Source: a virus
Taxonomy: Duplodnaviria; Caudoviricetes
DNA length: 63,214 nucleotides
Direction: 5' to 3' (one strand)
Virus record (IMG/VR): IMGVR_UViG_3300009509_000021
Span: 1 to 63,214 of that record
Position numbers and translations under genes: made by a program. Within the stretch, counting starts at the first letter, position 1. Each line of letters starts with the position of its first letter. The notes beneath the pieces were generated by a model. It did no database searches. It was given only the letters and a program-made list of their open reading frames with translations, and was not told the DNA's origin. Positions 25,692 to 35,806 of this stretch are shown here, in pieces.

Positions 25692-26768
25692 GTGGCGCTC
25701 CCAAAACAATTACGCGATCAGATTAAGCAAGGCAAAAATATCGAAGCAGAGCTTCGTAAGCAGCAGGCAGAGGCCGGTCAAACCGATACCTCTCAGCAGG
25801 AAATCGATGCGCTGCTTGCATCAGTAACTCCTGAGGAAGAAGCGCCGAAGGAGGAAAAGAAATCTGCCAGCGTAACTGAACTCCACCCAACGACTGATGA
25901 AGGAGGTGATCCGGCATCTACGCCCGAGGTCAAGCCCGAACGTACCGACTGGAAGCAGAAGTACTCGGTATTGAAAGGCAAGTATGATGCGGAAGTTCCT
26001 CGCCTGTCGTCAGATTTACGGGATGCCCACAATCGAATCAGTAGGCTGGAAGATAAGCTCACTGAGGTAGCGGCAAAACCGGTCACGCAGCCTGAGGAAA
26101 CCAAACCTCGGACGGACTTTACGCCTGAAGAAATCGCTGATTACGGTGAGGATCTTCTGGACGTAATGGGGCGTAAGGCACGCTCAATTGTGGAGGCTGA
26201 ATATCTCCCGCGTATCGATTCGCTCAATGCAGAAATCAATTCACTCAAGCACCAGCTTGGTGAGACCGGCCAAAGAGTCGGCAAGTTTGAAACCAATAGT
26301 GTGTTCGCTCAGCTCGATCAAGAAGTCGAAAACTGGCGAAACATCAACGTAGATCCAGAGTTTCACGAGTGGCTGGATAACGTAGACCCGTACACGGGTG
26401 AAACTCGTAAAGAGCTCATGTTGAAAGCCTTTAACCAAAAAGACGCCCACCGGGTTAAAGCATTCTTCGTGAACTACAAGAAGGAAAACGCTGCTGTAAT
26501 GCCAACATCAGCCGATCCAACACCCTCTGGGCAAGGGGGAATGGAATCCGGATCGAGACTGGAACTTGGCGATTACGTATCCCCCGGTACGCCAAAGGGC
26601 GGGGGTAATGCGGGCGCTCCTAGAGAAAAACGTCAATGGACTTCTCGGGAAATTGGTGCGTTCTACTCTGATGTACAGAAGGGTAGGTATCGTAGCCGAC
26701 CTGAGGATAAGGCCAGAATCGAGGCAGACATTGTTGCTGCCACACGAGAAGGGCGTGTAACTGCTTAA
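25692..26768 (+). CDS. Capsid scaffolding protein
   Basis: Acidic coiled coil, WKQKYSVLKGKY, C-terminal EADIVAATREGRV; directly before capsid. Confidence 0.8.
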   Translation: MALPKQLRDQIKQGKNIEAELRKQQAEAGQTDTSQQEIDALLASVTPEEEAPKEEKKSASVTELHPTTDEGGDPASTPEVKPERTDWKQKYSVLKGKYDAEVPRLSSDLRDAHNRISRLEDKLTEVAAKPVTQPEETKPRTDFTPEEIADYGEDLLDVMGRKARSIVEAEYLPRIDSLNAEINSLKHQLGETGQRVGKFETNSVFAQLDQEVENWRNINVDPEFHEWLDNVDPYTGETRKELMLKAFNQKDAHRVKAFFVNYKKENAAVMPTSADPTPSGQGGMESGSRLELGDYVSPGTPKGGGNAGAPREKRQWTSREIGAFYSDVQKGRYRSRPEDKARIEADIVAATREGRVTA

Positions 26769-26785
26769 TTTTGGAGTGACCTGAA

Positions 26786-27736
26786 ATGGCAACAATTTTT
26801 CCACAAGTAGCCAGTGCTGGCGCGAGTGCGTTTAACTCGCTCCCCGCAACGGACTACAGCGGGGTCTTTATCCCGCAGCTTTGGTCTGGAAAGATCATCG
26901 AGAAGTTCTACGATGCGACTGTCCTCGCGGCTATCGCAAATACGGACTACGAAGGTGAGATTACCAGTTATGGCGACAAGGTTACGATTCGTACCAAGCC
27001 GAAAATCACCATCAACGACTACCTCGCATACAGCCCGCTGACGACTGAAACGCCGTCCAGTACTGCTGTAGAGCTGCTCATCGACCAAGGTAAATATTGG
27101 TCTACGGCTCTTGACGATGTCATGGAAGTCCAGTCGGACCTCGACCACTTCAGCCTGTGGGCAGACGATGCCTCTGAGCAGATGAAGATCGAGATCGACA
27201 CCGACGTCCTCGCTGGCATCCCGGCAGGTGTGTCTGCTAACAACCAAGGCGGCACCGCAGGTGTTCAGAATGGCACGTCGATTGACCTCGGCGCAGCCGC
27301 TGCACCGGTTACTGTTAGCGCAACCAATGTGATCGAGAAGATCATTCAGTGTGGCCAGATCCTTGACGAGAACAACATCCCTGAGACGGGTCGTTGGATT
27401 GTTATCCCTGCGTGGATGGCAGCTCTCATCAAGACGTCTGACCTGAAGGACGCTTCGCTGACTGGCGATGGCGTTTCGATGCTGCGCAACGGCCGTCTGG
27501 GTATGATTGACCGATTCACGCTGTATGCGTCGAACCTGCTTCCGTGGAATGCATCGGATTCGGCCAACACGATTATCTTCGGTCATTCGCACGGCCTGAC
27601 GTTTGCTTCGCAGCTGACGAAGGTTGAGACGCTTCGTGCAGAAAGCACCTTTGGTACGATCCTGCGTGGTTTGCAGGTCTTCGGCTACAAGGTTGTAGAC
27701 GGCACGGCTCTCGGTCTCCTGTACGCAACGCGGTAA
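26786..27736 (+). CDS. Major capsid protein (HK97 fold)
   Basis: FIPQLWS, DYEGEI..GDKVTI, LDENNIP..GRW, G.LGMIDRF.LY.SN, GLQVFGYKV. Confidence 0.92.
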   Translation: MATIFPQVASAGASAFNSLPATDYSGVFIPQLWSGKIIEKFYDATVLAAIANTDYEGEITSYGDKVTIRTKPKITINDYLAYSPLTTETPSSTAVELLIDQGKYWSTALDDVMEVQSDLDHFSLWADDASEQMKIEIDTDVLAGIPAGVSANNQGGTAGVQNGTSIDLGAAAAPVTVSATNVIEKIIQCGQILDENNIPETGRWIVIPAWMAALIKTSDLKDASLTGDGVSMLRNGRLGMIDRFTLYASNLLPWNASDSANTIIFGHSHGLTFASQLTKVETLRAESTFGTILRGLQVFGYKVVDGTALGLLYATR

Positions 27737-27755
27737 TAGTCAGGAGCTCTGACAA

Positions 27756-27784
27756 GGGAGGGGGGCTTTCCCCCTCCCATTTTG
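27756..27784 (+). terminator. Rho-independent terminator after capsid gene
   Basis: GGGAGGGGG-gcttt-CCCCCTCCC then ATTTTT. Confidence 0.8.
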
Positions 27785-27797
27785 ACTGGGACTAAAC

Positions 27798-28091
27798 ATG
27801 GCAGCGAAGTACATTCAATCTGTGGTAACTGGTGTTGTGCATGGCTACAACGAACCGGCACTGAAGTGTAAGGATTTCCGTCTGATGACCCCTGCCGAAT
27901 GTGCAGAATATGAGGTATCGCTGGGAATCTCTCGCTCTGAGCCTGAAGTTGTTGCTGAGCCGGAACCGGTGTTTGAGGAAGTTGTTGTAACGACCTCGTT
28001 TACGCCGGAGCCTGAGCCGGAAGCAGAACCTGAGCCGGAAGCAGACGACACCGAAACTGACAAGGTACTGGCAGCACTTGAGGTTGAGTAA
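27798..28091 (+). CDS. Acidic Glu/Pro-rich protein
   Basis: EPEPEAEPEPE repeats. Confidence 0.65.
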   Translation: MAAKYIQSVVTGVVHGYNEPALKCKDFRLMTPAECAEYEVSLGISRSEPEVVAEPEPVFEEVVVTTSFTPEPEPEAEPEPEADDTETDKVLAALEVE

Positions 28092-28441
28092 TGCCAAAGT
28101 CTATTGACGATATCCTGACTGATGCTCGCGTCATTTTGAATGACGAGCTGGGAGATCGTTACACAGATGCAGAACTGATTTCAGATTTGAACAGCGCCAT
28201 CTCAATGACGAAGATGATCCGACCGGACATTTTCATTTTGGGGGAAGCGCTGCCTGAATTTACGACTGCGGATCTTGGACAGGTTCCAGCTACTGACTTC
28301 CCGCTGCCTGAAGTCGTATACCAGAGCTTTGTGTATTACCTCGCAGGTAATGCTGAGCTACGGGATGATGAGTTCGCAGTTGATGGTAGGGCAATGACTT
28401 TGCTTGCTGCTTACAGGAGGAACCTTACCGGAACTGCATAA
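28091..28441 (+). CDS. Head-tail adaptor-like protein
   Basis: ARVILND...RYTDAELI..LN.A...RPD. Confidence 0.6.
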   Translation: MPKSIDDILTDARVILNDELGDRYTDAELISDLNSAISMTKMIRPDIFILGEALPEFTTADLGQVPATDFPLPEVVYQSFVYYLAGNAELRDDEFAVDGRAMTLLAAYRRNLTGTA

Positions 28442-28453
28442 TAGGAGAATCCA

Positions 28454-29134
28454 ATGCCGCAAAGTGGCTTTGAAGAAGGTTTTGTTGTTGCTACGAGTGG
28501 CTCTCTCGATGAATGGGTCAAGGAGATCCATGCTAAGGTTCCGGGTGCTATCGAGGGATACATTTACGATCAGCTCAAGCTGGTCATTAAGGATTTCTTC
28601 CAGCGAACGAAATCATGGCGGGCGTTCATTGGCCCGTTTACCGTCCCTGCCAATGATGGGACATACTGCCTCAACCCTGTTGACGCTTACTCCAATGTGA
28701 TCCAAGTACTCAACGTAGTACGCAACGGGTCAGCTCTTACGCACATGCCTGAGAAGGCAGTACCATTCCAGTTTGCTACTGAGTCGTCAGCACGAACTGC
28801 GTCTCGGTTCTATCTGTCACCTTACGACACGATAATTTTATTTCCTACACCTGTTGAAGACATCGATGAGGTCTACGCAACTGTTGCATTGACCCCTAGG
28901 CTACGCTCTGACAACAGGATCCATCAGTGGATTATTGACCAGCACTACGAGGTTATTAAAGCCGGTGTGTTGGCAAGACTGTACGAAGAACCCGGTAAAA
29001 TTTACACGAACACCGAAGCTGCCAAACTATGGGGCGGCCGTTATCGTTCAGAGATGGTCCGTTCTCGCTCTGCTGCTATCAAAAACTATGGTGAGATGGC
29101 GGGGCCGTGGAGCTATAACTCATGGGTGATGTAA
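28454..29134 (+). CDS. Tail adaptor/tubular protein A-like
   Basis: DFFQRTKSWR, IILFPTP, I.AGVLARL..PGK.Y. Confidence 0.6.
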   Translation: MPQSGFEEGFVVATSGSLDEWVKEIHAKVPGAIEGYIYDQLKLVIKDFFQRTKSWRAFIGPFTVPANDGTYCLNPVDAYSNVIQVLNVVRNGSALTHMPEKAVPFQFATESSARTASRFYLSPYDTIILFPTPVEDIDEVYATVALTPRLRSDNRIHQWIIDQHYEVIKAGVLARLYEEPGKIYTNTEAAKLWGGRYRSEMVRSRSAAIKNYGEMAGPWSYNSWVM

Positions 29135-29668
29135 ATGCCAATACCAGCATACGTAGACACATCACTCTACCTACCCCTTGGAGGCGTCAATGGATTTGAA
29201 GTCAATGGCTTCGACGTCAACGGGGTCGGATTGGTTGACAGCCCGTTCGCAGGAGTTGAATTCAGACTTGACCCATACCGGTCGGTACTTTCGCTGGATC
29301 GGTCGGAAGTGGATATGGTCGCCATCTTTCCAACGCTGCTTAATCCTGAGTCTTTCGTTTCTGTACAAAGAGGCGAAACATTGGAGGCAGAGGTTTGGGC
29401 TGCGCGTGGCGAAAGCACAGTGGACAGCGAAAGAAATGAAACGGAACTCGCAGCTACGCAGATGGCGCTGGTCAATGAAGTGGAAAGCATTTCTGTCGTC
29501 CGTACCGAGTACCGCACATCGTATGTATTGGCGTCACATCCTGCGTCACTATCCGAGGATAGAGCAATTTCGGATGTGGACAAATTACCGCTCAGTTATG
29601 AACCGGATACAGTCGATGTCTCCGTCGTCCCAGCTGAAGATAGAACAACGAAAGTCCGGAGAATCTGA
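29135..29668 (+). CDS. Putative virion protein
   Basis: VNGFEVNGFDVNG repeat; within tail operon. Confidence 0.5.
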   Translation: MPIPAYVDTSLYLPLGGVNGFEVNGFDVNGVGLVDSPFAGVEFRLDPYRSVLSLDRSEVDMVAIFPTLLNPESFVSVQRGETLEAEVWAARGESTVDSERNETELAATQMALVNEVESISVVRTEYRTSYVLASHPASLSEDRAISDVDKLPLSYEPDTVDVSVVPAEDRTTKVRRI

Positions 29669-29982
29669 TGGCATTACTTGACCGTTTCGTTAAACAACCA
29701 GCAGAGATCAAGAAGTATCAGATTGATTACTCTGAATGGCTGCCTACTGGCGAAACTGTTACATCAGTCGTCACGGCAGTAACCGTACTGAATCCTGCAG
29801 ATGGAGATGTCGGTGAACCAACTCTGACAATAGGTACTACGCAGATTGTTGGTGGTACTGTTTATGAGTATTACGTGAGTTCCGGTACAGATGGAAAGCG
29901 CTACAAAGTAACTTACCAAGCAAGCACAAGCGATTCTCAAACTGTTGAGAGCGAGATTGAATTTAAGGTGACTGACACATGA
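29668..29982 (+). CDS. Fibre-tail adaptor-like protein
   Basis: KQPAE..KY.IDYSEWL, GTDGKRYKVT. Confidence 0.65.
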   Translation: MALLDRFVKQPAEIKKYQIDYSEWLPTGETVTSVVTAVTVLNPADGDVGEPTLTIGTTQIVGGTVYEYYVSSGTDGKRYKVTYQASTSDSQTVESEIEFKVTDT

Positions 29983-30983
29983 CCATTCTTTTTAAAAATA
30001 ATGCATCAGCCACTCTCAGTGTGCAGGCTGAGATTGCGCACACTACTCTCACTCTACAAACAAATGAGGGGGATCTGTTCCCAGCACCCGGAGCAGGAGA
30101 GTTCTTTTATGTAACTCTGGAAGATACCAGCGGCAACATTGAGATTTGTCGATGCACTGGTAACTCTGCTGATGTGCTGACAGTAACTCGTGCACAAGAA
30201 AACACCACTGCAAAAATATTCCCCACTGGCTCCAAGGTAGAGCAACGTACCACTGCTGCGACGTTCGATGAGTTTGTACAGGTATCTGGCGATGCCATGT
30301 CGGGTGACCTCGACATGAATGGTAACAATGTAGTTGATCCAGTTCTTACCAGTACTGGAGCTGCAGCTATCAAGGGTGTACCAATGCAGGGCGCTGATGG
30401 TGGTACGGCTAATCAGCTTCAGGTGCCCTCCGCTGGAGGAGCGCCGACTATTGGTTCTGGCACAATCTGGCATTCTGCTAATGACGGAGCAAGTTCAGGG
30501 CTCGATGCGGATTTGCTCGATGGGCAGCAAGGATCCTATTACGCCACAGATGCTAATGCTGCTAGTGCGTCATACCTGACAACGGGTACTGTAGCCAATG
30601 CACGACTCGATGCCACAGTTGCTCTGCATAATCAGAAGAACGTGTGGACTGCCGGTGAATATACCGCTGAAGATACAAATGCAGCTACAGCTACATTCGA
30701 TATCGATGCAGACGTATCAAACGCCCACCATATAACGATGGGTGCAAATATCACTACCTTGACTCTCAGCAACATGGATTCTGGGCAGTCAATAGTAGTG
30801 TTGTTTGAGCAGGATGGGGTAGGTAGCAAGACTTGTGCTTTCCCCGCTGCATGGGTGTGGAAGAACGGCTCAGTGCCTACGTTGTCAACGGCACCGAACT
30901 CACTGGATGTTCTGACACTGGTTCAATTTACTGTAAGTGCGACGCCGACTGTGTTTGCGTCGCTGACTAAAGCATTCTCATAA
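29979..30983 (+). CDS. Tail fibre protein
   Basis: FKNNA...LTVTRAQENTTA N-domain; GLDADLLDG; QDGVGS..FP..W...P.LST...DVL C-domain. Confidence 0.7.
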   Translation: MTILFKNNASATLSVQAEIAHTTLTLQTNEGDLFPAPGAGEFFYVTLEDTSGNIEICRCTGNSADVLTVTRAQENTTAKIFPTGSKVEQRTTAATFDEFVQVSGDAMSGDLDMNGNNVVDPVLTSTGAAAIKGVPMQGADGGTANQLQVPSAGGAPTIGSGTIWHSANDGASSGLDADLLDGQQGSYYATDANAASASYLTTGTVANARLDATVALHNQKNVWTAGEYTAEDTNAATATFDIDADVSNAHHITMGANITTLTLSNMDSGQSIVVLFEQDGVGSKTCAFPAAWVWKNGSVPTLSTAPNSLDVLTLVQFTVSATPTVFASLTKAFS

Positions 30984-31583
30984 ATGGCACTGATTGTTTT
31001 TGAAAATAATAGCAATGGGACGCTGGCTGCAGATATTAACGACACGCAGACCACGATCACATTGGTTGGCGGCCATGGGAACAACTTTCCCAGTATTACT
31101 GCGCCTGATGAAATCTTTTTTATCACGCTACAGAACTACGCCGCCCAGCTTATTGAGATTTGTCGTGTTACAGACCGTATGGGTGACGTCCTCACTGTTA
31201 CTCGTGGCCAAGATGGTACTACGCCGCAGAGTTGGGCAGCGGCTACAACTGCGTTACAACTCCGTGTTACGAAGGAGACGCTTGAGGCTTTTGTACAAAA
31301 GGCTACCTCCCTTACTGCGGGGGAGCTTGTTACAGTAAATTCATTGGGGCAGCTGACACCGCTTAGCGATGGGCTACCGCAAACGTGGGAGTACTTCACT
31401 TCTACTGAGGGGCAGGCAGTGTTTAACACTTCTGCGACTTTGCCTGACACAGACAATAGAGTGCAGGCGTTTATTAACGGAGTGCGCCAGTTTCCACCGG
31501 ATCATTTCGCAGTCACAGGGACTCAACAGCTCACATTTACCGAGGGCTTAGCTGAGGGTGACTATGTAGCCATAGGGATTTGA
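30984..31583 (+). CDS. Short tail-fibre-like protein, N-domain paralogous to previous gene
   Basis: FENN...LTVTRGQDGTT; C-terminal GQAVF...FINGVRQ...LTFTEGL module. Confidence 0.65.
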   Translation: MALIVFENNSNGTLAADINDTQTTITLVGGHGNNFPSITAPDEIFFITLQNYAAQLIEICRVTDRMGDVLTVTRGQDGTTPQSWAAATTALQLRVTKETLEAFVQKATSLTAGELVTVNSLGQLTPLSDGLPQTWEYFTSTEGQAVFNTSATLPDTDNRVQAFINGVRQFPPDHFAVTGTQQLTFTEGLAEGDYVAIGI

Positions 31584-31584
31584 C

Positions 31585-31746
31585 ATGAAGTTCACTATTA
31601 ACAACCCGCTCGTACTCATCTCAGCCAAAGTGTTCGGTATTGGCATTGAGTTGAGCCTTCACCACGTAGATAACAAGTGGTCACTTTGCTTTCAGGTTGA
31701 AGCAGTAGCATGGAGCTACTGCAAGGAGTGGTCTCGTGTTAGGTGA
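31585..31746 (+). CDS. Hypothetical 53-aa protein (not in ORF track)
   Basis: MKFTINNPLVLISAKVFG...; fills the gap exactly. Confidence 0.4.
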   Translation: MKFTINNPLVLISAKVFGIGIELSLHHVDNKWSLCFQVEAVAWSYCKEWSRVR

Positions 31747-32188
31747 TCTCGTAAAGGGGGCACTTGGCCCTATTCTGGATGGAGTGCTTCGTTTCATTCC
31801 AGATAAGAACGCACGCGCTGAAGCCAAGGAGCAGTTTGAAGGGCAGATGCTTTCTGCCATGACGAACTTGGTTCAGGGCCAGCTTAAGATCAACGAAGTA
31901 CAGGCACAGCACGGCTCAATTTTTGTGGCTGGTGCGCGCCCATTTATTATGTGGGTATGTGGAGTAGCTCTTGGTTGGAATTATCTCCTACAGCCAATTT
32001 TTAACTGGGGCGTTTACGTCCTCGTGTTACAAGGGTCGATAGATATGACTGTGGCCGAAACGCTACAAGCACCAACCTTAGACACAGGAGAGCTGACAAC
32101 CATTCTATTGGGAATGCTCGGACTTGGGGGGTTGCGCACTTATGAAAAACGACTCGGCGTTGCACGAAACGATATCAAAAAGGGATGA
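31736..32188 (+). CDS. Holin (3TM, GTA-holin-like)
   Basis: FVAGARPFIMWVC, LLGMLGLGGLRTYEK. Confidence 0.8.
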   Translation: MLGDLVKGALGPILDGVLRFIPDKNARAEAKEQFEGQMLSAMTNLVQGQLKINEVQAQHGSIFVAGARPFIMWVCGVALGWNYLLQPIFNWGVYVLVLQGSIDMTVAETLQAPTLDTGELTTILLGMLGLGGLRTYEKRLGVARNDIKKG

Positions 32189-32194
32189 GGAAAA

Positions 32195-32407
32195 ATGTCA
32201 ATCGACCCCGTATCCCTGTTATCCGTGGCCTTCGGTCTCTGGGCGAGTGTTGTTGCATGGGGAGTCCGTCGCATCACTGGTCAACTCGAAGGAATCTCGA
32301 AAGACCTCAGAGAAGAAGCGAAAAAACTCAATTCATACATTGTTCAAACTGAAGCTCGTTTGGCCGTTTTGGAATCACACACAGGAGTAAGAAATGGGAA
32401 ACGCTAG
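32195..32407 (+). CDS. Small membrane-anchored coiled-coil protein
   Basis: TM segment plus RLAVLE. Confidence 0.6.
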   Translation: MSIDPVSLLSVAFGLWASVVAWGVRRITGQLEGISKDLREEAKKLNSYIVQTEARLAVLESHTGVRNGKR

Positions 32408-32753
32408 TCAGGCACATAAACTCAGAACTCGGGGATACAATTCTCTGGGTGAGAGAAAAGCCCTACAGTATATTCAACGGCAGCATGGGTCTGATACCTT
32501 GCCAGCAGTGATTGTGCTTGAAGGGCGTTGGAGCGGCACCGATACCGTTACGGCAACTGTCAATATCGGTGCTGGTAATTTAACACCAGCTTATTCGCCT
32601 TCTGGCGATGAGGATGCTGTAGCAGCAGCTGCTGGGCTTGCAACGCAAATCGCGCTGGAAACCGATGTTTCTGCTACGAGCGCTGCAAATCTTGTATACG
32701 TCACCAAGTCAACTGCGGGGACGGTAGACATCGTTAGTGTAGTTATTACGTAA
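32394..32753 (+). CDS. Putative virion protein
   Basis: 119 aa, A/T-rich, ACAGGAG RBS. Confidence 0.5.
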   Translation: MGNASQAHKLRTRGYNSLGERKALQYIQRQHGSDTLPAVIVLEGRWSGTDTVTATVNIGAGNLTPAYSPSGDEDAVAAAAGLATQIALETDVSATSAANLVYVTKSTAGTVDIVSVVIT

Positions 32754-35398
32754 TGCTCATTCATCTCAAAGACTTCGGAGGGTTAGTCCCGAAGCTGTCT
32801 GACCGTTCATTGCCACCCAACTCGGCAAAGACGGCTCAGAATACTCAGTTGTATTCTGGGGAAGTTCGTGGTCTCAGGCAGCCGCTGGAAGTAGCTGACC
32901 TTACCGCAGAAGTATTTACTGTCTTACGGGCCTATCGGCTTAATGACGGATCAACTTCTATTGCTGATGCAACAGGAGATTGGATTGCTTTTGATGATGA
33001 GGAAGTAAACTTCATCCGAGGTGCTTTGAAGAATGATTCATTCGATCGTTACTATGCTGCGGGAGGTACGCAAGCGCCTGTCGTTGCCGAGGCAACCGAA
33101 TGGGCTGCTGGGAATACACCACACGACCTTGGAGTACCGGCTCCGACAGCGCCTCCTACCGTTACGCCGCCAGCGTCTGGGACTGTTGATGAGACGCGGG
33201 CCTACGTATATACGTTTGTTAACGAGTGGGGTGAGGAGTCAGCTCCGTCGCCTGCATCGACGGTTGCAACGGGCGATATCGGTGGCACATGGCAACTGAC
33301 TGGTATTGCTACGACGTATCCGGCGGGGCTTACAAACCCAAATCCTATAGACAAAGTTCGTATCTATCGTACTGTAACTGGTACGAACTCTGTGGATTAC
33401 AGGTTTGTAGCCGAACTCGATCCGCCAGCGGCAACTTACAATGACCTTATTTCTTCTGACACTGTTAGTCTTAACGAGTCTCTTGAATCTCTTGGTTGGG
33501 ATATACCTCCTTCTGGGCTTCAAGGAATCGTCAACATGGCGAACGGGATCATGGTCGGGTTCGTCGGGAGGGATATCTATTTTAGTGAGGCTTATCGTCC
33601 TCATGCTTGGCCTGCTGATTATATTCGTTCAGTCGAGAACGATATTGTTGGCCTTGGAGTTTATCAATCAGGTGTGGTTGTCTGCACAACCTCAAACCCT
33701 TATGTAGCAACAGGCGTCAGTCCTGCGAGCGTAGCGCTTACTCGTATTGATGATGTCGAACCATGTCAATCATTCCGCAGTATCATCAACGGACTGGATG
33801 GCGTTTCGTACGCTTCTCAGAACGGCATGATCCTTGTCAATCAGGAAGGCGCACGTAACCTGACGCAGCCACTGATTACTCGTAACGAGTGGCGAGATGA
33901 ATATTTCCCCAGCGATGTATCCGCCGCCGCTGATGGGTCTCGCACCATTGCATTCTACAGCACCAGTTCAGGATGGATGTTCCAGCCAATGGAACCGCTT
34001 GGCCATTTAGTAGACCTGACTGGCTTCGCTGATGTGGCAACTGTACAGACTGACCAGTTCACTGGTGAGACTTACATCATTTCACGTGATGTAGTTTATC
34101 TCTGGAACCCCATTGCTACTGCGCCACAGTCATACGTGTGGGAGTCCAAACAATTTGAACTTCCATATCCAGTCAACATGGGTGCTTATCGTCTACAGTA
34201 TGAAGATGTTATTACTGGGCAAGACTATGCACCGGGGTATGACTATACCAATTACAATACTTCTCGTTACACCGCTACAGACGTTACTGCGGAAATTGTC
34301 GATCCTCCTACGATTTACGATGACGTGCTGTTTCAAGCTGACCTTGAAGGCACGAACGGCAGCACTACGTACACGGAAGAATCACCGTATGCCAGAACGG
34401 GTACGTTTACCGGCACTGCTACGATATCAACAGGTTCTCCAATCTTTAATACTTCCTCGTTGGATACAGGGGGTACTGGGTCCGGTAATAACTTAACGTT
34501 TACAGTAGCTGATACGGGTGACCGTATTGATTGGGACGCAACAGGGCGTTGCCTTACCATGGAGATTGGTTTTAGCCTTGATTCAATACATACATCTGGT
34601 GATAGGTATCTGTGTTTACTAGCTAGTGATGATGTGCCATTTGGTAGGTTTTCTCATTATATTACTGGCGGCACTCATTCAATACGCTATGGCTTTGGCA
34701 CAACTGCAACACTTCAGCCGATCACTGCTTTAACAACTGGCGTTGATTACTTTCTCATTGTTGAAGCTGATTATACGGCTGGCGCTGGCAGTGGTGTTGA
34801 AAGAGCATGGTTAGGAACCGTATCAGGCGGAACTTGCACGCTGATTGGGACAAGAACTGGACTAACAGCCCCGCCGTATACGCAGTTCGAGGAACCCTAC
34901 AGCGATATCCGTCTGGGTGCATTGTCAGCAACTGCATTCAATTTGGACGGCAGAATTGACCACGTACGTATTACCAACTCGGCTACTAACCGCTTTGGTA
35001 CTGGAAGCACAGTCGCAATTGACACTGCTTATACAACTACTCCCGGTGGCGGCACCAGTACGATTGCTACAAACCCGCTGAACACTTTGAATCTATACCC
35101 TATCAATGGGGTACGCACCGAGACGGGGGTAACGGAGTCTCCGCCTGTGGTGCAATGGACTATGTCTGTTGGAGGCAGCCCTTTGGTTCCTACGGAGCCA
35201 ACGACCATCCGTGACAGTATCCGTGTGCAAATATACGGAGATGATGTACTGAGATATGATCGAGAGATCACAAGCAATGATGTGATGCGCCTTCCCAGCG
35301 GGTACAAAGCTGACAAGTGGCGTGTCCGACTGACGACGGCGCAAAACATCTATTCATTCAAAATGGCAGGCACAGCTAAGGAACTTGCAAAAGCATGA
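32753..35398 (+). CDS. Tail nozzle/stabilisation protein with inserted lectin-like domain
   Basis: DFGGLVP, RAYVYTFV..WGEES.PSP, FSE.Y.PHAWP, WESKQF, MRLPSG. Confidence 0.75.
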   Translation: MLIHLKDFGGLVPKLSDRSLPPNSAKTAQNTQLYSGEVRGLRQPLEVADLTAEVFTVLRAYRLNDGSTSIADATGDWIAFDDEEVNFIRGALKNDSFDRYYAAGGTQAPVVAEATEWAAGNTPHDLGVPAPTAPPTVTPPASGTVDETRAYVYTFVNEWGEESAPSPASTVATGDIGGTWQLTGIATTYPAGLTNPNPIDKVRIYRTVTGTNSVDYRFVAELDPPAATYNDLISSDTVSLNESLESLGWDIPPSGLQGIVNMANGIMVGFVGRDIYFSEAYRPHAWPADYIRSVENDIVGLGVYQSGVVVCTTSNPYVATGVSPASVALTRIDDVEPCQSFRSIINGLDGVSYASQNGMILVNQEGARNLTQPLITRNEWRDEYFPSDVSAAADGSRTIAFYSTSSGWMFQPMEPLGHLVDLTGFADVATVQTDQFTGETYIISRDVVYLWNPIATAPQSYVWESKQFELPYPVNMGAYRLQYEDVITGQDYAPGYDYTNYNTSRYTATDVTAEIVDPPTIYDDVLFQADLEGTNGSTTYTEESPYARTGTFTGTATISTGSPIFNTSSLDTGGTGSGNNLTFTVADTGDRIDWDATGRCLTMEIGFSLDSIHTSGDRYLCLLASDDVPFGRFSHYITGGTHSIRYGFGTTATLQPITALTTGVDYFLIVEADYTAGAGSGVERAWLGTVSGGTCTLIGTRTGLTAPPYTQFEEPYSDIRLGALSATAFNLDGRIDHVRITNSATNRFGTGSTVAIDTAYTTTPGGGTSTIATNPLNTLNLYPINGVRTETGVTESPPVVQWTMSVGGSPLVPTEPTTIRDSIRVQIYGDDVLRYDREITSNDVMRLPSGYKADKWRVRLTTAQNIYSFKMAGTAKELAKA

Positions 35399-35793
35399 CG
35401 ATCCAACAACGCCCTATTGCTATTCCAGAGCCAGTCAATCAGGTAGATGCCCTGTGGCGTACCTGTCAGGCTCTTAAGGAAGCTGTTGAAGTGTTGCAAG
35501 GGCAACGCGGAAACCGTGCGGCTGCGTTGGTTACTCAACTGAATAGTGAGATTGCTTACCTGCAGAGGCAGATAGCAAACATTACTACTGGTGGTGGAGT
35601 ACCAAGTAGCGACCATCCTCATACGGGGGAAGTAACAGGTACTACCGCTTTGGCAGTACAACCTCTTGCCATTACGAATAAAACAGATGTCGTTGCAGAC
35701 TCTGCTGACGATGTAATGATTTCAGATGACTCAGATTCGGGGAGTCTGAAAAAAGTAAACTTGAGTTCCATCACGGATGCTGGATATTTTTAG
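35395..35793 (+). CDS. Small tail protein
   Basis: ALKEAVEVLQGQRG; ends DAGYF. Confidence 0.6.
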   Translation: MTIQQRPIAIPEPVNQVDALWRTCQALKEAVEVLQGQRGNRAAALVTQLNSEIAYLQRQIANITTGGGVPSSDHPHTGEVTGTTALAVQPLAITNKTDVVADSADDVMISDDSDSGSLKKVNLSSITDAGYF

Positions 35794-35806
35794 AGGGAAT
35801 TAACAA

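Noticed and set aside
27730-27740. Capsid frameshift or readthrough extension
   Set aside because: Double stop TAATAG followed by a terminator; no slippery sequence seen.
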